Below are positions 9,730 to 19,135 of a stretch of DNA of 52,674 bases, one piece after another. Origin of the DNA: Marmoricola sp. (lineage in GTDB: Bacteria > Actinomycetota > Actinomycetes > Propionibacteriales > Nocardioidaceae); the NCBI GenBank assembly GCA_039921445.1, contig JBDSBU010000171.1, positions 1-52,674 of the forward strand, written 5' to 3'. Numbering within the stretch: the stretch's first letter is position 1; every line of letters begins with the position of its first letter. The position numbers and the translations under genes are program-made. The notes under the pieces are model-generated. The model did no database searches. It was not told the DNA's origin and worked only from the letters and a program-made list of their open reading frames with translations.

Positions 9730-11012
9730 TGTGCCTCGACAGCGGTCAGCAGGGCCGCCCCGATCCGACGATGACCGACCGGCGCACCGTGCTCAAGGTG
9801 GCGAGTGCTTCGGGCGCCGCGCTGATGTTCTCCTCGATCCTCGGCGCCCCGGCCGTCGCCGCGACCCCGATCCGGCGACGCGCCTACGTGATCGTCGTCG
9901 ACGGCTGCCGCCCCGGCGAGATCGAGCAGATGCCCAACCTGAAGGCGTTGCGCGACGCCGGTACGTGGTACCCCGGCGCCCGCTCCTTGCCGGTCATGGA
10001 GACCATCCCCAACCACGTGATGATGATGACCGGGTGCAGGCCGGCCCGGAACGGCGTACCTGCGAACACCATCTACGACCGCGCGGAGAAGACCCTGCGT
10101 GACTGCTCGCGACCCACGGACATCAAGGTGACCACGATCCTCGAGCAGCTGAACGCGACCGGGCGTACGACGGGCACGGTGCTGTCCAAGGAGTACCTCT
10201 ACTCGGTCTTCGGTGAGCGCGCGACCCATCGGTGGGAGCCCGCGCCGGTGATCCCCATCTCCGGGCACGCCCCCGACGCCGCGACCATGGAGGCGCTGCT
10301 GGCCATGGTCGGTGAGTTCGACCCCGACCTGGTCTTCGCCAACCTCGGCGACGTCGACCGCGTCGGCCACTCCGACCTGACCGGGACCACCCTGAAGGCC
10401 GCACGCACCGCCGCGCTCGCCTCGACCGACACCCAGGTGGGCCGGTTCGTGGAGATGCTCAAGTCCTCGGGGAAGTGGGCCTCCTCCGCGTTGATCGTTC
10501 TGGCCGACCACTCCATGGACTGGTCGCTCCCGAACCAGACGATCTCGCTGACCAAGGTCTTCGAAGCCGACCCCACTCTCGCTGGAAACTTCACCATCGC
10601 CCAGAACGGTGGCGCGGACCTCGTCTACTGGACCGGCCCGGACTCTGGGAAGGCGGCTGCGATCAACAAGCTGCGCAGCCTCTCCCTGGCCACTGCAGGA
10701 GTCTTCGAGGCGCACCCGATCGCCACCACCGCGTCCCTGCGGCTGGGCCCGAACGCCGGCGACCTGCTGGTGTGGTGCAAGGCCGGCTGGCGTTTCAGCG
10801 ACCCCGGACCGCAGAGCAACCCGATCCCCGGCAACCACGGGCACCCGGCGACCTACCCGATCCCGTTCTTTCTCGCCGGCGGCGCCCCACAGGTTCGCAA
10901 GGCGACCGCACGCTCAGCCAGAGCCCAGACGATGGACGTCACGCCAACTCTGGGTGCCTACTTCGGGCTCCGGGCTCCGTCGACCGGCTGGGAAGGCAGC
11001 TCGCGGTTGTAG
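9729..11012 (+). CDS. Tat-exported alkaline phosphatase superfamily / nucleotide pyrophosphatase-phosphodiesterase
   Basis: ATG overlaps the phoD stop (alternative ATG at 9771). TDRRTVLK...PAVAA Tat signal. Motifs VVDG, ETIPNH (Thr nucleophile), DVDRVGH, ADHSM, GNHGH. Confidence 0.82.
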   Translation: MCLDSGQQGRPDPTMTDRRTVLKVASASGAALMFSSILGAPAVAATPIRRRAYVIVVDGCRPGEIEQMPNLKALRDAGTWYPGARSLPVMETIPNHVMMMTGCRPARNGVPANTIYDRAEKTLRDCSRPTDIKVTTILEQLNATGRTTGTVLSKEYLYSVFGERATHRWEPAPVIPISGHAPDAATMEALLAMVGEFDPDLVFANLGDVDRVGHSDLTGTTLKAARTAALASTDTQVGRFVEMLKSSGKWASSALIVLADHSMDWSLPNQTISLTKVFEADPTLAGNFTIAQNGGADLVYWTGPDSGKAAAINKLRSLSLATAGVFEAHPIATTASLRLGPNAGDLLVWCKAGWRFSDPGPQSNPIPGNHGHPATYPIPFFLAGGAPQVRKATARSARAQTMDVTPTLGAYFGLRAPSTGWEGSSRL

Positions 11013-11067
11013 CCCACCTCGAGCGCTCCCGTGACCTGACGTCCGTGGCGCCCTAGGGTGCCGAGAC

Positions 11068-11856
11068 ATGGACGTGCACGAACTCGTCAAGGACCACTAC
11101 AGCCCCGAAGACCTGACGGGGGCCATCTTGTCGGCGCTGTCGGCAGCGGGCACCGAGGTGGAGACCCTCACGGCGCAGGATCTCTTTCCGCTGGACCAGC
11201 TCCACGCCGGTGGCGGGCCGACTACCCGCCACCTGATCGAGCGGTTGGCTCCGGACGCCGCTTCGCACCTCCTCGACGTGGGCTGCGGCATCGGTGGCCC
11301 GTCCCGGATGGCTGCGACGTACGGCGCCCAGGTGACCGGTGTCGACCTCTCCCCCGAATTCGTGGAGACCGCCACCGATCTCACCCAACGGGCGGGCCTC
11401 GGCGCGAAGGTCTCCTTCGTGGCCACGTCCGGGGAGTCGTTGCCCTTCGGCGACGACACCTTCGACGGCGCCTTCATGGTGCACGTCGGAATGAACGTCC
11501 CCGACAAGCAAGCGGTCTTCGCAGAGGTCCGCCGGGTCCTGCGGCCCGACGCGCGGTTCGCGCTCTTCGAGCAGGTGCGCATCGGCGAGGGCGAGCTGAC
11601 CTACCCGCTGCCATGGGCCGTCGACGAGCGCTCGTCGTTCGTCGAGGACGTCGCCGGCTACACCACTGCACTCGAGGCTGCCGGGTTCAGCGTCGAGGAG
11701 GTCGCGGACCGCACGGCGAGCACGCTTGGTCCTCCACCCGGAGGCCTGTCCCCCGCCGCCGTCTTCGGCGATGCCTTCACCGAAAGAGTCGGCAACAACA
11801 TCGCCGCGACGCGCTCGGGAATTCTCGGTGCCTGGCTGATCGTGGCTCGCGCCTGA
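11068..11856 (+). CDS. Class I SAM-dependent methyltransferase
   Basis: LDQLHAGG, LLDVGCGIGG, GVDLS, LPFGDDTFD motifs. Confidence 0.85.
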   Translation: MDVHELVKDHYSPEDLTGAILSALSAAGTEVETLTAQDLFPLDQLHAGGGPTTRHLIERLAPDAASHLLDVGCGIGGPSRMAATYGAQVTGVDLSPEFVETATDLTQRAGLGAKVSFVATSGESLPFGDDTFDGAFMVHVGMNVPDKQAVFAEVRRVLRPDARFALFEQVRIGEGELTYPLPWAVDERSSFVEDVAGYTTALEAAGFSVEEVADRTASTLGPPPGGLSPAAVFGDAFTERVGNNIAATRSGILGAWLIVARA

Positions 11857-11862
11857 CCGACC

Positions 11863-13470
11863 TCAGCCGACCTTGCGGCCCTCGCCCCAGAACTGCGCGC
11901 GCAAGGCCTTCTTGTCCGGCTTGCCGAGCGGCGTCAACGCGAGCGCGGTGACGGCGACCACCTTCTTGGGTGCCTGCACCGCGCCCTTGCGTAGTTTGAC
12001 CAGCTCGATGATCTCCGTGACCACCGCGTCGGTCAGCTCGGCTCCCTCACGGAGCACGACGACCGCGGTGACCGCTTCGCCCCACCGCTCGTCAGGCACA
12101 CCGATCACGCCGACCTGGGCGACGGCGGGATGTTCGGCCACCACGTCCTCGACCTCACGCGGAAAGACGTTGAAGCCGCCCGTGACGATCATGTCCTTGG
12201 TCCGGTCCACGATGTACCAGAACCCGGCCTCGTCCTCACGGGCCACGTCACCGGTGTGCAGCCAGCCGTCGCGGAAGGCTTCGGCGGTCTCTTCCGGCAG
12301 GTTCCAGTACCCGCCGGCGAGCAACGGCCCCGCTACGCAGATCTCCCCTGTCTCTCCCACTGCTACCGGCGCTCCGTCGTCGCCGAGCAGGGCCGTCCGC
12401 ACGAAGGGCGACGGCCGCCCGCAGGACGCGAGCCGGCCAAGGTCCTCCCCACTCGCGTGGTCGCCCTTGGCGAGATAGCTGATCACCATCGGCGCCTCGG
12501 ACTGCCCGTAGTACTGCGCGAAGATCGGCCCGAAGCGCTCGATCGCCTCGGCCAGCCTGGTCGGGCTGATCGCGGACGCGCCGTAGTAGACGGTCTCCAG
12601 CGAGGACAGGTCTCGGGTCTGCGAGTCGGGGTGGTCCATCAGCGCGTAGAGCATCGACGGCACCAGCATGGTCGCAGTGATCTGCTGCTCCTCGATCGTG
12701 CGCAGCACCTCGGCCGGGTCGAAGCGCGGCAGCACGACGAGCTGGCCACCCTTCATCACGACGGGCACGAAGAAGGCCGCGCCGGCGTGCGACAACGGCG
12801 TACACATCAAGAAGCGCGGCGCCTGTGGCCACTCCCACTCCGCAAGCTGCACCTGGGTCATGGTCGCCATGGTCTGGGCGGTGCCGATCACACCCTTGGG
12901 CTTGCCAGTGGTGCCGCCCGTGTAGCTGATCGAGACGATGTGGTCAGGGGCCAGCAGCGCCGCCTCGAGCGGTTTCGGCTCGAAGCCCGCAGCCGCCGCG
13001 GTCAGGTCGGCCCCGACGTGGGCGAGTGCTTCGGGCACCGGACCGATCGTGAGCACCTGAGTCAGTCCCGGCACCTTCTCCAGCAACCCCAGCGCGCGCT
13101 CGACGAACATCGGCACCGGATCAATCACCAACGTGGTGATCCCGGCGTCCTCGAGCACGTAGGCATGGTCTTCGAGCGAGCCGAGCGGGTGCAGGGAGGT
13201 ACGCCGGTAACCCTGGGTCTGGCCTGCCCCGATGATGAACAGCACCTCCGGCCGGTTCAGCGCGAGCAGTGCCGCCGGGACACCGCGGCCCGCGTCCAGG
13301 GACTCGAAGGCCTGGATGTACTGGCTGATCCGGTCCGCAGTCTCGCCACCGGTCAGCGTCGTGTCGCCCAGGAAGACGATCGGCCTGTCCCGGTGACGAT
13401 GGAGTGCCGCGACCATCAGGTGGCCGTTGTGCGTGCCGAGGCGCAGAGAGTCAGCGTGCAGGTCCGTCAT
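11863..13470 (-). CDS. fadD8: Acyl-CoA synthetase, FadD8-like
   Basis: YTGGTTGKPKG, YYGQSEAP, GWLHTGD motifs; ATG 13470 directly below a KstR box. Confidence 0.75.
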   Translation of the reverse strand: MTDLHADSLRLGTHNGHLMVAALHRHRDRPIVFLGDTTLTGGETADRISQYIQAFESLDAGRGVPAALLALNRPEVLFIIGAGQTQGYRRTSLHPLGSLEDHAYVLEDAGITTLVIDPVPMFVERALGLLEKVPGLTQVLTIGPVPEALAHVGADLTAAAAGFEPKPLEAALLAPDHIVSISYTGGTTGKPKGVIGTAQTMATMTQVQLAEWEWPQAPRFLMCTPLSHAGAAFFVPVVMKGGQLVVLPRFDPAEVLRTIEEQQITATMLVPSMLYALMDHPDSQTRDLSSLETVYYGASAISPTRLAEAIERFGPIFAQYYGQSEAPMVISYLAKGDHASGEDLGRLASCGRPSPFVRTALLGDDGAPVAVGETGEICVAGPLLAGGYWNLPEETAEAFRDGWLHTGDVAREDEAGFWYIVDRTKDMIVTGGFNVFPREVEDVVAEHPAVAQVGVIGVPDERWGEAVTAVVVLREGAELTDAVVTEIIELVKLRKGAVQAPKKVVAVTALALTPLGKPDKKALRAQFWGEGRKVG

Positions 13471-13481
13471 GGTCGCGAGAC

Positions 13482-13495
13482 TAGAACGTGTTACA
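13482..13495. promoter_or_regulatory. KstR operator (fadD8-like gene)
   Basis: TAGAACGTGTTACA, exact match to TnnAACnnGTTnnA. Confidence 0.85.
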
Positions 13496-13523
13496 GAAAT
13501 GATCAATCGCGAGCGGCGGTCGC

Positions 13524-13958
13524 TCAGTGACTGACGTTGGCCGTCAGGCCACGCAGGGACTCCTGCAGAGCAGCGAACTGCTCGTCGTCGAGGCCGATGG
13601 CCGATTTCATGTCGCAATGGATCCTGGTCGCGTGCTCACGGAGGTCATCTCCCCGGTCCGTCAGCGCGATCTCCACGAACCGCTCGTCACCGTCGGCTCG
13701 GCGCCGCGTCACCAGACCGGCGACCTCCATCCGACGAAGCAGCGGGGTCAACGTCCCGTGGTCGAGGCTCAGCACCTCGACCAGCTCCTTGACCAGACGG
13801 ACGTCCTTCTCCCAGAGCACCAGCAGCACGAGGTACTGGGGATAGGTCAGACCTAGCTCCCGGAGCGCAGGACGGTAGGCGTTCGTGACCGCCCGGGAGG
13901 CGGCGTAGAGGTCAAAGCACACCTGCTCGGAGAGTGGCGGGGTCTCGATCGCGGCCAT
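13524..13958 (-). CDS. ohrR: MarR-family regulator, OhrR-like
   Basis: LSEQVCFDLYAASRA (redox Cys), LGLTYPQYLVLLVLWE, GTLTPLLRRME. Confidence 0.75.
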   Translation of the reverse strand: MAAIETPPLSEQVCFDLYAASRAVTNAYRPALRELGLTYPQYLVLLVLWEKDVRLVKELVEVLSLDHGTLTPLLRRMEVAGLVTRRRADGDERFVEIALTDRGDDLREHATRIHCDMKSAIGLDDEQFAALQESLRGLTANVSH

Positions 13959-13988
13959 GTGCCACATTCTGCCACGGCCTGCGCTAGG

Positions 13989-14015
13989 TTGTGCACAAGG
14001 AACTTGTACACAAGG
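13989..14015. promoter_or_regulatory. Tandem palindromic operator, probably for the adjacent OhrR-like protein
   Basis: TTGTGCACAAGG (13989-14000) and TTGTACACAAGG (14004-14015), 15-bp period, each self-complementary, AT-rich in a GC-rich background. Confidence 0.6.
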
Positions 14016-14060
14016 TACCTTCGCCGCCCGGGGGGTCGGCGTTCAACCCCGGAGGACGAC

Positions 14061-14681
14061 ATGGCGCCACTGACTGCCCGCACCGCCTGGAACACCACCC
14101 TGGGAGACCAGCTGCTGGCGGCCGGCGGCGGAGACGCCGAGGCGTTCGCCGAGATGTATGAGGCGCTGGCACCGCGGGTCTACGGCCTGGTCCAGCGTGT
14201 TCTCCAGGACGTGCACCAGTCCGAGGAGGTCACCCAGGAGGTCTTCCTCGAGATCTGGCAGACGTCCTCGCGTTTCGACCCCAGCCGCGGCTCAGCCCCT
14301 TCGTGGGTCCTGACGCTCGCCCACCGTCGGGCCGTCGATCGCGTGCGCTCGGCACAGGCCAGCCGCCGCCGCGACACCACGGACGTTGAGCGCAGTCGTG
14401 CCACGCCGATCGACGAGACCGCCACAGCCGCACACGCCTCACTCGATGCCCAGGAGGTGCGGGCCGCGCTCAGCACCCTGCCGGACTTCCAGCGCCTGGC
14501 CGTCGAGCTGGCCTACTTCGGCGGACACACCCACAGCGAGGTCTCGCGGCTTACCCAAGTCCCGCTCGGCACCGCCAAGACCCGGATCAGGGATGGGCTG
14601 ATCCGGCTCCGCGACGTCCTGACACCTCTGGTGCCCTTGGTGCCGCTGACTCCGCTGATGACGGAGCCGGCCTGCGGCTGA
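14061..14681 (+). CDS. sigK: ECF sigma factor SigK-like
   Basis: QSEEVTQEVFLEIW, WVLTLAHRRAVDRVRS, LAYFGGHTHSEV, PLGTAKTRIRDGLIRLR; GGAGG RBS at 14051. Confidence 0.8.
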   Translation: MAPLTARTAWNTTLGDQLLAAGGGDAEAFAEMYEALAPRVYGLVQRVLQDVHQSEEVTQEVFLEIWQTSSRFDPSRGSAPSWVLTLAHRRAVDRVRSAQASRRRDTTDVERSRATPIDETATAAHASLDAQEVRAALSTLPDFQRLAVELAYFGGHTHSEVSRLTQVPLGTAKTRIRDGLIRLRDVLTPLVPLVPLTPLMTEPACG

Positions 14682-14703
14682 TCGTCGACTCGAGGTCCAC
14701 CGC

Positions 14704-15747
14704 TCAGGCGAGGACCTCCGCGACCTGGCGGACCTCGTCGGCCGAGCGCAGGCTGAGCAGAAGCGTGGTCACACCGGTCTCGGCCCACTGCGCCACACGC
14801 TCCCTGACGTAGCCCTCGTCCCCGACGATGTGCATCTCCTCGGCGAGACCGTCGGGGATCAGTGCGGCGGCCTGGTCGCGCTTGCCCTCCAAGAAGAGCT
14901 TCTGAACCTCATCGGTGATCTCGGCGTAGCCCATCCGGTCGAAGACATTCTTGTGGAAGTTCTGCTCCTTGGCCCCCATCCCACCCATGTAGAGGGCGAT
15001 CACCGGCTTTAGCCCGTCGAGGACCGCCTTGCGCTCCGCGTCGCTGTTGGTGATCTGCAGGTGGCAGGTGGCGGCGATCTCGAAGTCCTGACGCGTACGC
15101 CGCGCACCGGGGCGGGCGAACCCTTCATCGAGCCACGGCTGGTACATGCCGGCTGACTTGGGGGTGTAGAAGATCGGAATCCACCCATCGGCGATCTCTG
15201 CGGTCTGCGCCACGTTCTTCGGACCCTCGGCTCCGAGCCAGATCGGGATGTCCGCGCGCAGCGGGTGCACGATCGGCTTGAGTGGCTTGCCGAGCCCGAC
15301 CGCGCCTTCACCTACGTAGGGCAGCGGGTAGTGCGGCCCGGCGTTCGAGACGGGTGCCTCGCGGGCGAGCACCTGACGGATGATGTCGACCACCTCACGG
15401 GTACGAGCGAGCGGCTTGGAGAACGGCTGGCCGTACCAGCCTTCGACGACCTGCGGTCCACTGACGCCCATGCCGAGCACGACCCGACCACCACTGAGGT
15501 GGTCCAGGGTCAGCGCGTGCATGGCGATGCTGGTCGGCGTACGCCCCGACATCTGCACGATGGAGGTGCCCAACCTCATCCTCGAGGTCTCGCGCCCCCA
15601 CCACGCCAACGGGGTGAAGGCGTCCGAGCCCCAAGCCTCGGCGGTGAAGAGCGCATCGAACCCAGCATCCTCCGCCGCCGCCACGAGCTCGGCCACGCCT
15701 GTGGGTGGCTGTGCGCCCCAGTAGCCGAGCTGCAGTCCGAGCAACAT
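14704..15747 (-). CDS. LLM-class F420-dependent oxidoreductase (Rv3520c-like)
   Basis: LGLQLGYWGAQPP, AEAWGSDA, GVSGPQVVEGWYG; synteny with Rv3521-ltp4-ltp3. Confidence 0.88.
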   Translation of the reverse strand: MLLGLQLGYWGAQPPTGVAELVAAAEDAGFDALFTAEAWGSDAFTPLAWWGRETSRMRLGTSIVQMSGRTPTSIAMHALTLDHLSGGRVVLGMGVSGPQVVEGWYGQPFSKPLARTREVVDIIRQVLAREAPVSNAGPHYPLPYVGEGAVGLGKPLKPIVHPLRADIPIWLGAEGPKNVAQTAEIADGWIPIFYTPKSAGMYQPWLDEGFARPGARRTRQDFEIAATCHLQITNSDAERKAVLDGLKPVIALYMGGMGAKEQNFHKNVFDRMGYAEITDEVQKLFLEGKRDQAAALIPDGLAEEMHIVGDEGYVRERVAQWAETGVTTLLLSLRSADEVRQVAEVLA

Positions 15748-15787
15748 CTGTATCTCCTAGGTGTGTAGACGTCCTTGCCCAGCAGAC

Positions 15788-15801
15788 TAGAACGTGTTTC
15801 A
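15788..15801. promoter_or_regulatory. KstR operator (Rv3520c-like/Rv3521-like divergon)
   Basis: TAGAACGTGTTTCA, exact consensus match. Confidence 0.85.
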
Positions 15802-15811
15802 CTTCTGGGCC

Positions 15812-16795
15812 ATGACTCCTTCTGCTGGTGTCCCAGCATCGCGCACGTTGCACGCCCCGATGAAGGTGGAGTTCGACTACACCCGATCGCTGGGGCCGGT
15901 GCTCTCCAGGTTCATGACTGGCTTGCGGGACCGGCAGGTCGTAGGCGGAGTGCTCGAGGACGGCACCGTCGTGGTCCCGCCGCCGGAGTACGACCCGGTC
16001 ACCCATCGCGAGATCAGCGAGTTCGTGTCCGTCGGCGACGAGGGCGTGGTGACCACGTGGTCCTGGGTGGCCGATCCGGTCATGGACCAGCCGCTCGCCG
16101 AGCCGTTCGCATTCGCGTTGATCCAGCTCGACGGCGCCGACGTGGCGTTCCTGCACGCGGTCGCAGTCGACTCCCCCGCCGAGATGGGCACCGGCATGCG
16201 GGTCCGGATCCGCTGGGCCGAGCAGACCACCGGCTCGATCACCGATATCGCCTGCTTCGAGCCGGTGCCGGATTCGCAACGTTTCGACACGATCGCTGAA
16301 CCCAGCGAGAGCGAACCGGTCACCAGGATCGTCACACCGGTGCGGTTGGCCTACGAGTACGCCGCCTCGCCGGAGGAGTCGAAGTTCTTCCGGGGCCTCG
16401 CCGAGGGCCGGATCCTCGGACAGCGCTGCCCTGTGTGTCACAAGGTCTATGTGCCCCCGCGTGGGGCCTGCCCGGTCGACGGGGTGCCCACCACCGACGA
16501 GGTGGAGCTGCCGGACCGCGGGACGGTGACCACCTTCTGCATCGTGAACGTGCCCTTCCTCGGGCAGCGGATCAAACCGCCCTACGTCTCGGCGTACGTC
16601 CTGCTCGACGGCGCGGACATCGCCTTCCTGCACCTGATCCTCGACGCTGACGCGAGCGAGGTCCGGATGGGGATGCGCGTGGAGGCGGTCTGGAAACCCC
16701 GCGCGGAGTGGGGCACCACGATCGAGAACATCAGCCACTTCCGTCCGACCGGGGAGCCGGACGCGGACTACGACACCTACAAGCAGCACCTCTGA
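15812..16795 (+). CDS. Tandem DUF35 Zn-ribbon/OB-fold protein (Rv3521-like)
   Basis: FDYTRSLGP, CPVCHKVYVPPRGACP, two OB-fold repeats; directly upstream of ltp4-ltp3. Confidence 0.85.
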   Translation: MTPSAGVPASRTLHAPMKVEFDYTRSLGPVLSRFMTGLRDRQVVGGVLEDGTVVVPPPEYDPVTHREISEFVSVGDEGVVTTWSWVADPVMDQPLAEPFAFALIQLDGADVAFLHAVAVDSPAEMGTGMRVRIRWAEQTTGSITDIACFEPVPDSQRFDTIAEPSESEPVTRIVTPVRLAYEYAASPEESKFFRGLAEGRILGQRCPVCHKVYVPPRGACPVDGVPTTDEVELPDRGTVTTFCIVNVPFLGQRIKPPYVSAYVLLDGADIAFLHLILDADASEVRMGMRVEAVWKPRAEWGTTIENISHFRPTGEPDADYDTYKQHL

Positions 16796-16816
16796 GCCGA
16801 AGGACTTCGTTGACTC

Positions 16817-17881
16817 ATGCGTGACGTTGCGGTCGTGGGCTTCGCCCAGCGACAGACCAAGGAGATGGACGGCTCACCGACCTGCGTCGAGCTGCTCGTT
16901 CCGATCTTCGCCGAGCTCTTGGAGCAGACCGGGTGGACCAAGTCCGACATCGGATTCTGGTGCTCGGGCTCCAGCGACTACCTGGCCGGGCGATCGTTCT
17001 CGTTCGTCTCGGCCGTCGACGCGATCGGCGCCCTGCCGCCGGTCAACGAGTCGCACGTCGAGATGGACGCAGCCTGGGCGCTCTACGAGGCCTGGATCAA
17101 GCTCCAGACCGGCGAGGCTGACACCGCCCTGGTCTACGGGTTCGGCAAGGCCTCGGCCGGCGTGCTCCGGCGTACCCTCGCCATGCAGCTCGACCCCTAC
17201 ACGGTGACGCCGTTGTGGCCCGACACGGTTTCCATCGCCGGTCTGCAGGCCCGCGCAGGCCTCGATCACGGCATCTGGGACGAACGCGCGATGGCAGAGG
17301 TCGCTGCTCGGTCGCGCACCGCGGGCACGGAGAACGAGTACGCCGTGCGCAAGGGCGTCACCACCATCGAGGACGTCCTCTCCGAGGAGCTGTACGCCGA
17401 CCCGCTGCGCCGTTCCGACTGCGCACCGGTCTCCGACGGAGCCGCCGCGATGGTGATCGCCGCGGTTGACTCCCCCGCCTTCGCGACTCTCCAGCGCGAC
17501 GGCGCGGCCGCCGTGATCACCGGATTCGAGCACCGCGTCGACCAGATCACTCTGGGGACCCGCGACCTGACCCGCGCTCCGAGCGCCGCTCTGGCGGGTG
17601 CGGCCGCCGGGGCCTCAGCGGTCGACATGGCAGAGCTGCACGCGCCGTTCTCCCACCAGGAGCTGATCCTGCGCCGAGAGCTCGGCCTGGGCGAGGGCGT
17701 CACGATCAATCCCTCGGGCGGCGCTCTGTGCGCCAACCCGATGTTCTCGGCCGGACTGGTCCGGATCGGTGAGGCAGCGCGTCGGGTCTGGTCCGGCGAG
17801 TCCCGCAAGGCGCTTGGCCACGCGACGTCGGGACCGGCGCTGCAGCAGAACCTCGTCTGCGTGATGGAAGGGCGGTCCTGA
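16817..17881 (+). CDS. ltp4: Thiolase-like protein Ltp4
   Basis: GFWCSGSSDYLAGR, ESHVEMDAAWALYEAW, HATSGPALQQNLV. Confidence 0.85.
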   Translation: MRDVAVVGFAQRQTKEMDGSPTCVELLVPIFAELLEQTGWTKSDIGFWCSGSSDYLAGRSFSFVSAVDAIGALPPVNESHVEMDAAWALYEAWIKLQTGEADTALVYGFGKASAGVLRRTLAMQLDPYTVTPLWPDTVSIAGLQARAGLDHGIWDERAMAEVAARSRTAGTENEYAVRKGVTTIEDVLSEELYADPLRRSDCAPVSDGAAAMVIAAVDSPAFATLQRDGAAAVITGFEHRVDQITLGTRDLTRAPSAALAGAAAGASAVDMAELHAPFSHQELILRRELGLGEGVTINPSGGALCANPMFSAGLVRIGEAARRVWSGESRKALGHATSGPALQQNLVCVMEGRS

Positions 17882-19059
17882 TGGGTTCCGAGGGGCGCAA
17901 GCAGCTTGCAGCAGTGATGGGGGTGGGACAGACCCATCACCGAGCCAAACGTGAGGACGTCTCGATCGCCGGCCTCCTGCGTGAGGCGGTCGACCGAGCC
18001 CTCGAGGACGCTGGGCTCGGCTTCGAGGACATCGATGCCGTCGTGGTGGGCAAGGCACCCGACCTCTTCGAAGGCGTGATGATGCCCGAGCTCTTCTTGG
18101 CCGAGGCCCTCGGCGCCGTCGGAAAACCGCTCCTGCGGGTGCACACGGCCGGCTCGGTCGGCGGCTCCACAGCGATCGTGGCGGCGTCGCTGGTGCAGGC
18201 CGGCGTACACGAACGCGTGCTGACGGTGGCCTTCGAGAAGCAGTCGGAGTCCAACGCGATGTGGGCGCTGTCGGTGCCGGTGCCGTTCATCATGCCGGTG
18301 CACGCCGGCGCGGGTGGCTACTTCGCGCCCCACGTGCGCTCCTACATCCGCCGCTCGGGTGCCCCGACGCACATCGGCGCCATGGTCGCCGCCAAGGATC
18401 GCCAGAACGCGCTGAAGAATCCCTACGCACATTTGCACAACGAGGGCACCACGATGGAGACGGTGCTGGCCTCGCAGATACTGTGGGACCCGATCCGCTA
18501 CGACGAGACCTGCCCCTCCTCCGACGGTGCGTGTGCCCTCGTGATCGGCTCGGAGTCCGCGGTCGAGGCCGCCGGCATTCCCAACCCCGCGTGGATCCAC
18601 GGCACGGTGATGCGCTCGGAGCCGACCACGGCGGCCGAGCGTGACCAGGTCAACCCGCAGGCAGGCCGCGACGCAGCGGCCGCCTTGTGGAAGCAGGCCA
18701 AGATCACCAACCCCTACGAGGAGATCGACTGCGCGGAGATCTACGTGCCGTTCTCGTGGTTCGAACCGATGTGGCTGGAGAACCTCGGCTTCGCCGCCGA
18801 GGGCGAGGGCTGGAAGGTCACCGAGAGTGGCGCGACCGCACTCGACGGCGCCCTGCCCGTGAACATGAGCGGCGGGGTGCTCTCCTCGAACCCCATCGGC
18901 GCCAGCGGCATGCTCCGCTTCGCCGAGGCCGCCCTCCAGGTGATGGGCGAGGCCGGCGACCACCAGGTCAACGGCGCCCGGCGCGCGCTCGGCCACGCCT
19001 ACGGCGGCGGGTCACAGTTCTTCGCGATGTGGGTCGTGGGGTCGGACAAGCCCGCCTGA
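17881..19059 (+). CDS. ltp3: Thiolase-like protein Ltp3
   Basis: GKAPDLFEGVMMPEL, VHTAGSVGGST, GHAYGGGSQFF; translationally coupled to ltp4. Confidence 0.87.
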   Translation: MGSEGRKQLAAVMGVGQTHHRAKREDVSIAGLLREAVDRALEDAGLGFEDIDAVVVGKAPDLFEGVMMPELFLAEALGAVGKPLLRVHTAGSVGGSTAIVAASLVQAGVHERVLTVAFEKQSESNAMWALSVPVPFIMPVHAGAGGYFAPHVRSYIRRSGAPTHIGAMVAAKDRQNALKNPYAHLHNEGTTMETVLASQILWDPIRYDETCPSSDGACALVIGSESAVEAAGIPNPAWIHGTVMRSEPTTAAERDQVNPQAGRDAAAALWKQAKITNPYEEIDCAEIYVPFSWFEPMWLENLGFAAEGEGWKVTESGATALDGALPVNMSGGVLSSNPIGASGMLRFAEAALQVMGEAGDHQVNGARRALGHAYGGGSQFFAMWVVGSDKPA

Positions 19060-19064
19060 CGGGT

Positions 19065-19135
19065 TGTCGGTTTTTCACGTTCTCCTGAAAACCGCGCACT
19101 TCTCCGCCGTTGCGACGGCAGAGAAGTGTCAGTTT
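19065..19135. repeat. Double-hairpin palindromic cluster (terminator or REP/BIME-like) after ltp3
   Basis: CGGTTTTTCA-cgttctcc-TGAAAACCG (19068-19094), then CACTTCTCCGCCGT-tgcg-ACGGCAGAGAAGTG (19097-19128, one mismatch). Confidence 0.65.

Noticed and set aside
17266-18996. 576-aa minus-strand ORF
   Set aside because: Antisense to ltp4/ltp3; a high-GC artefact.
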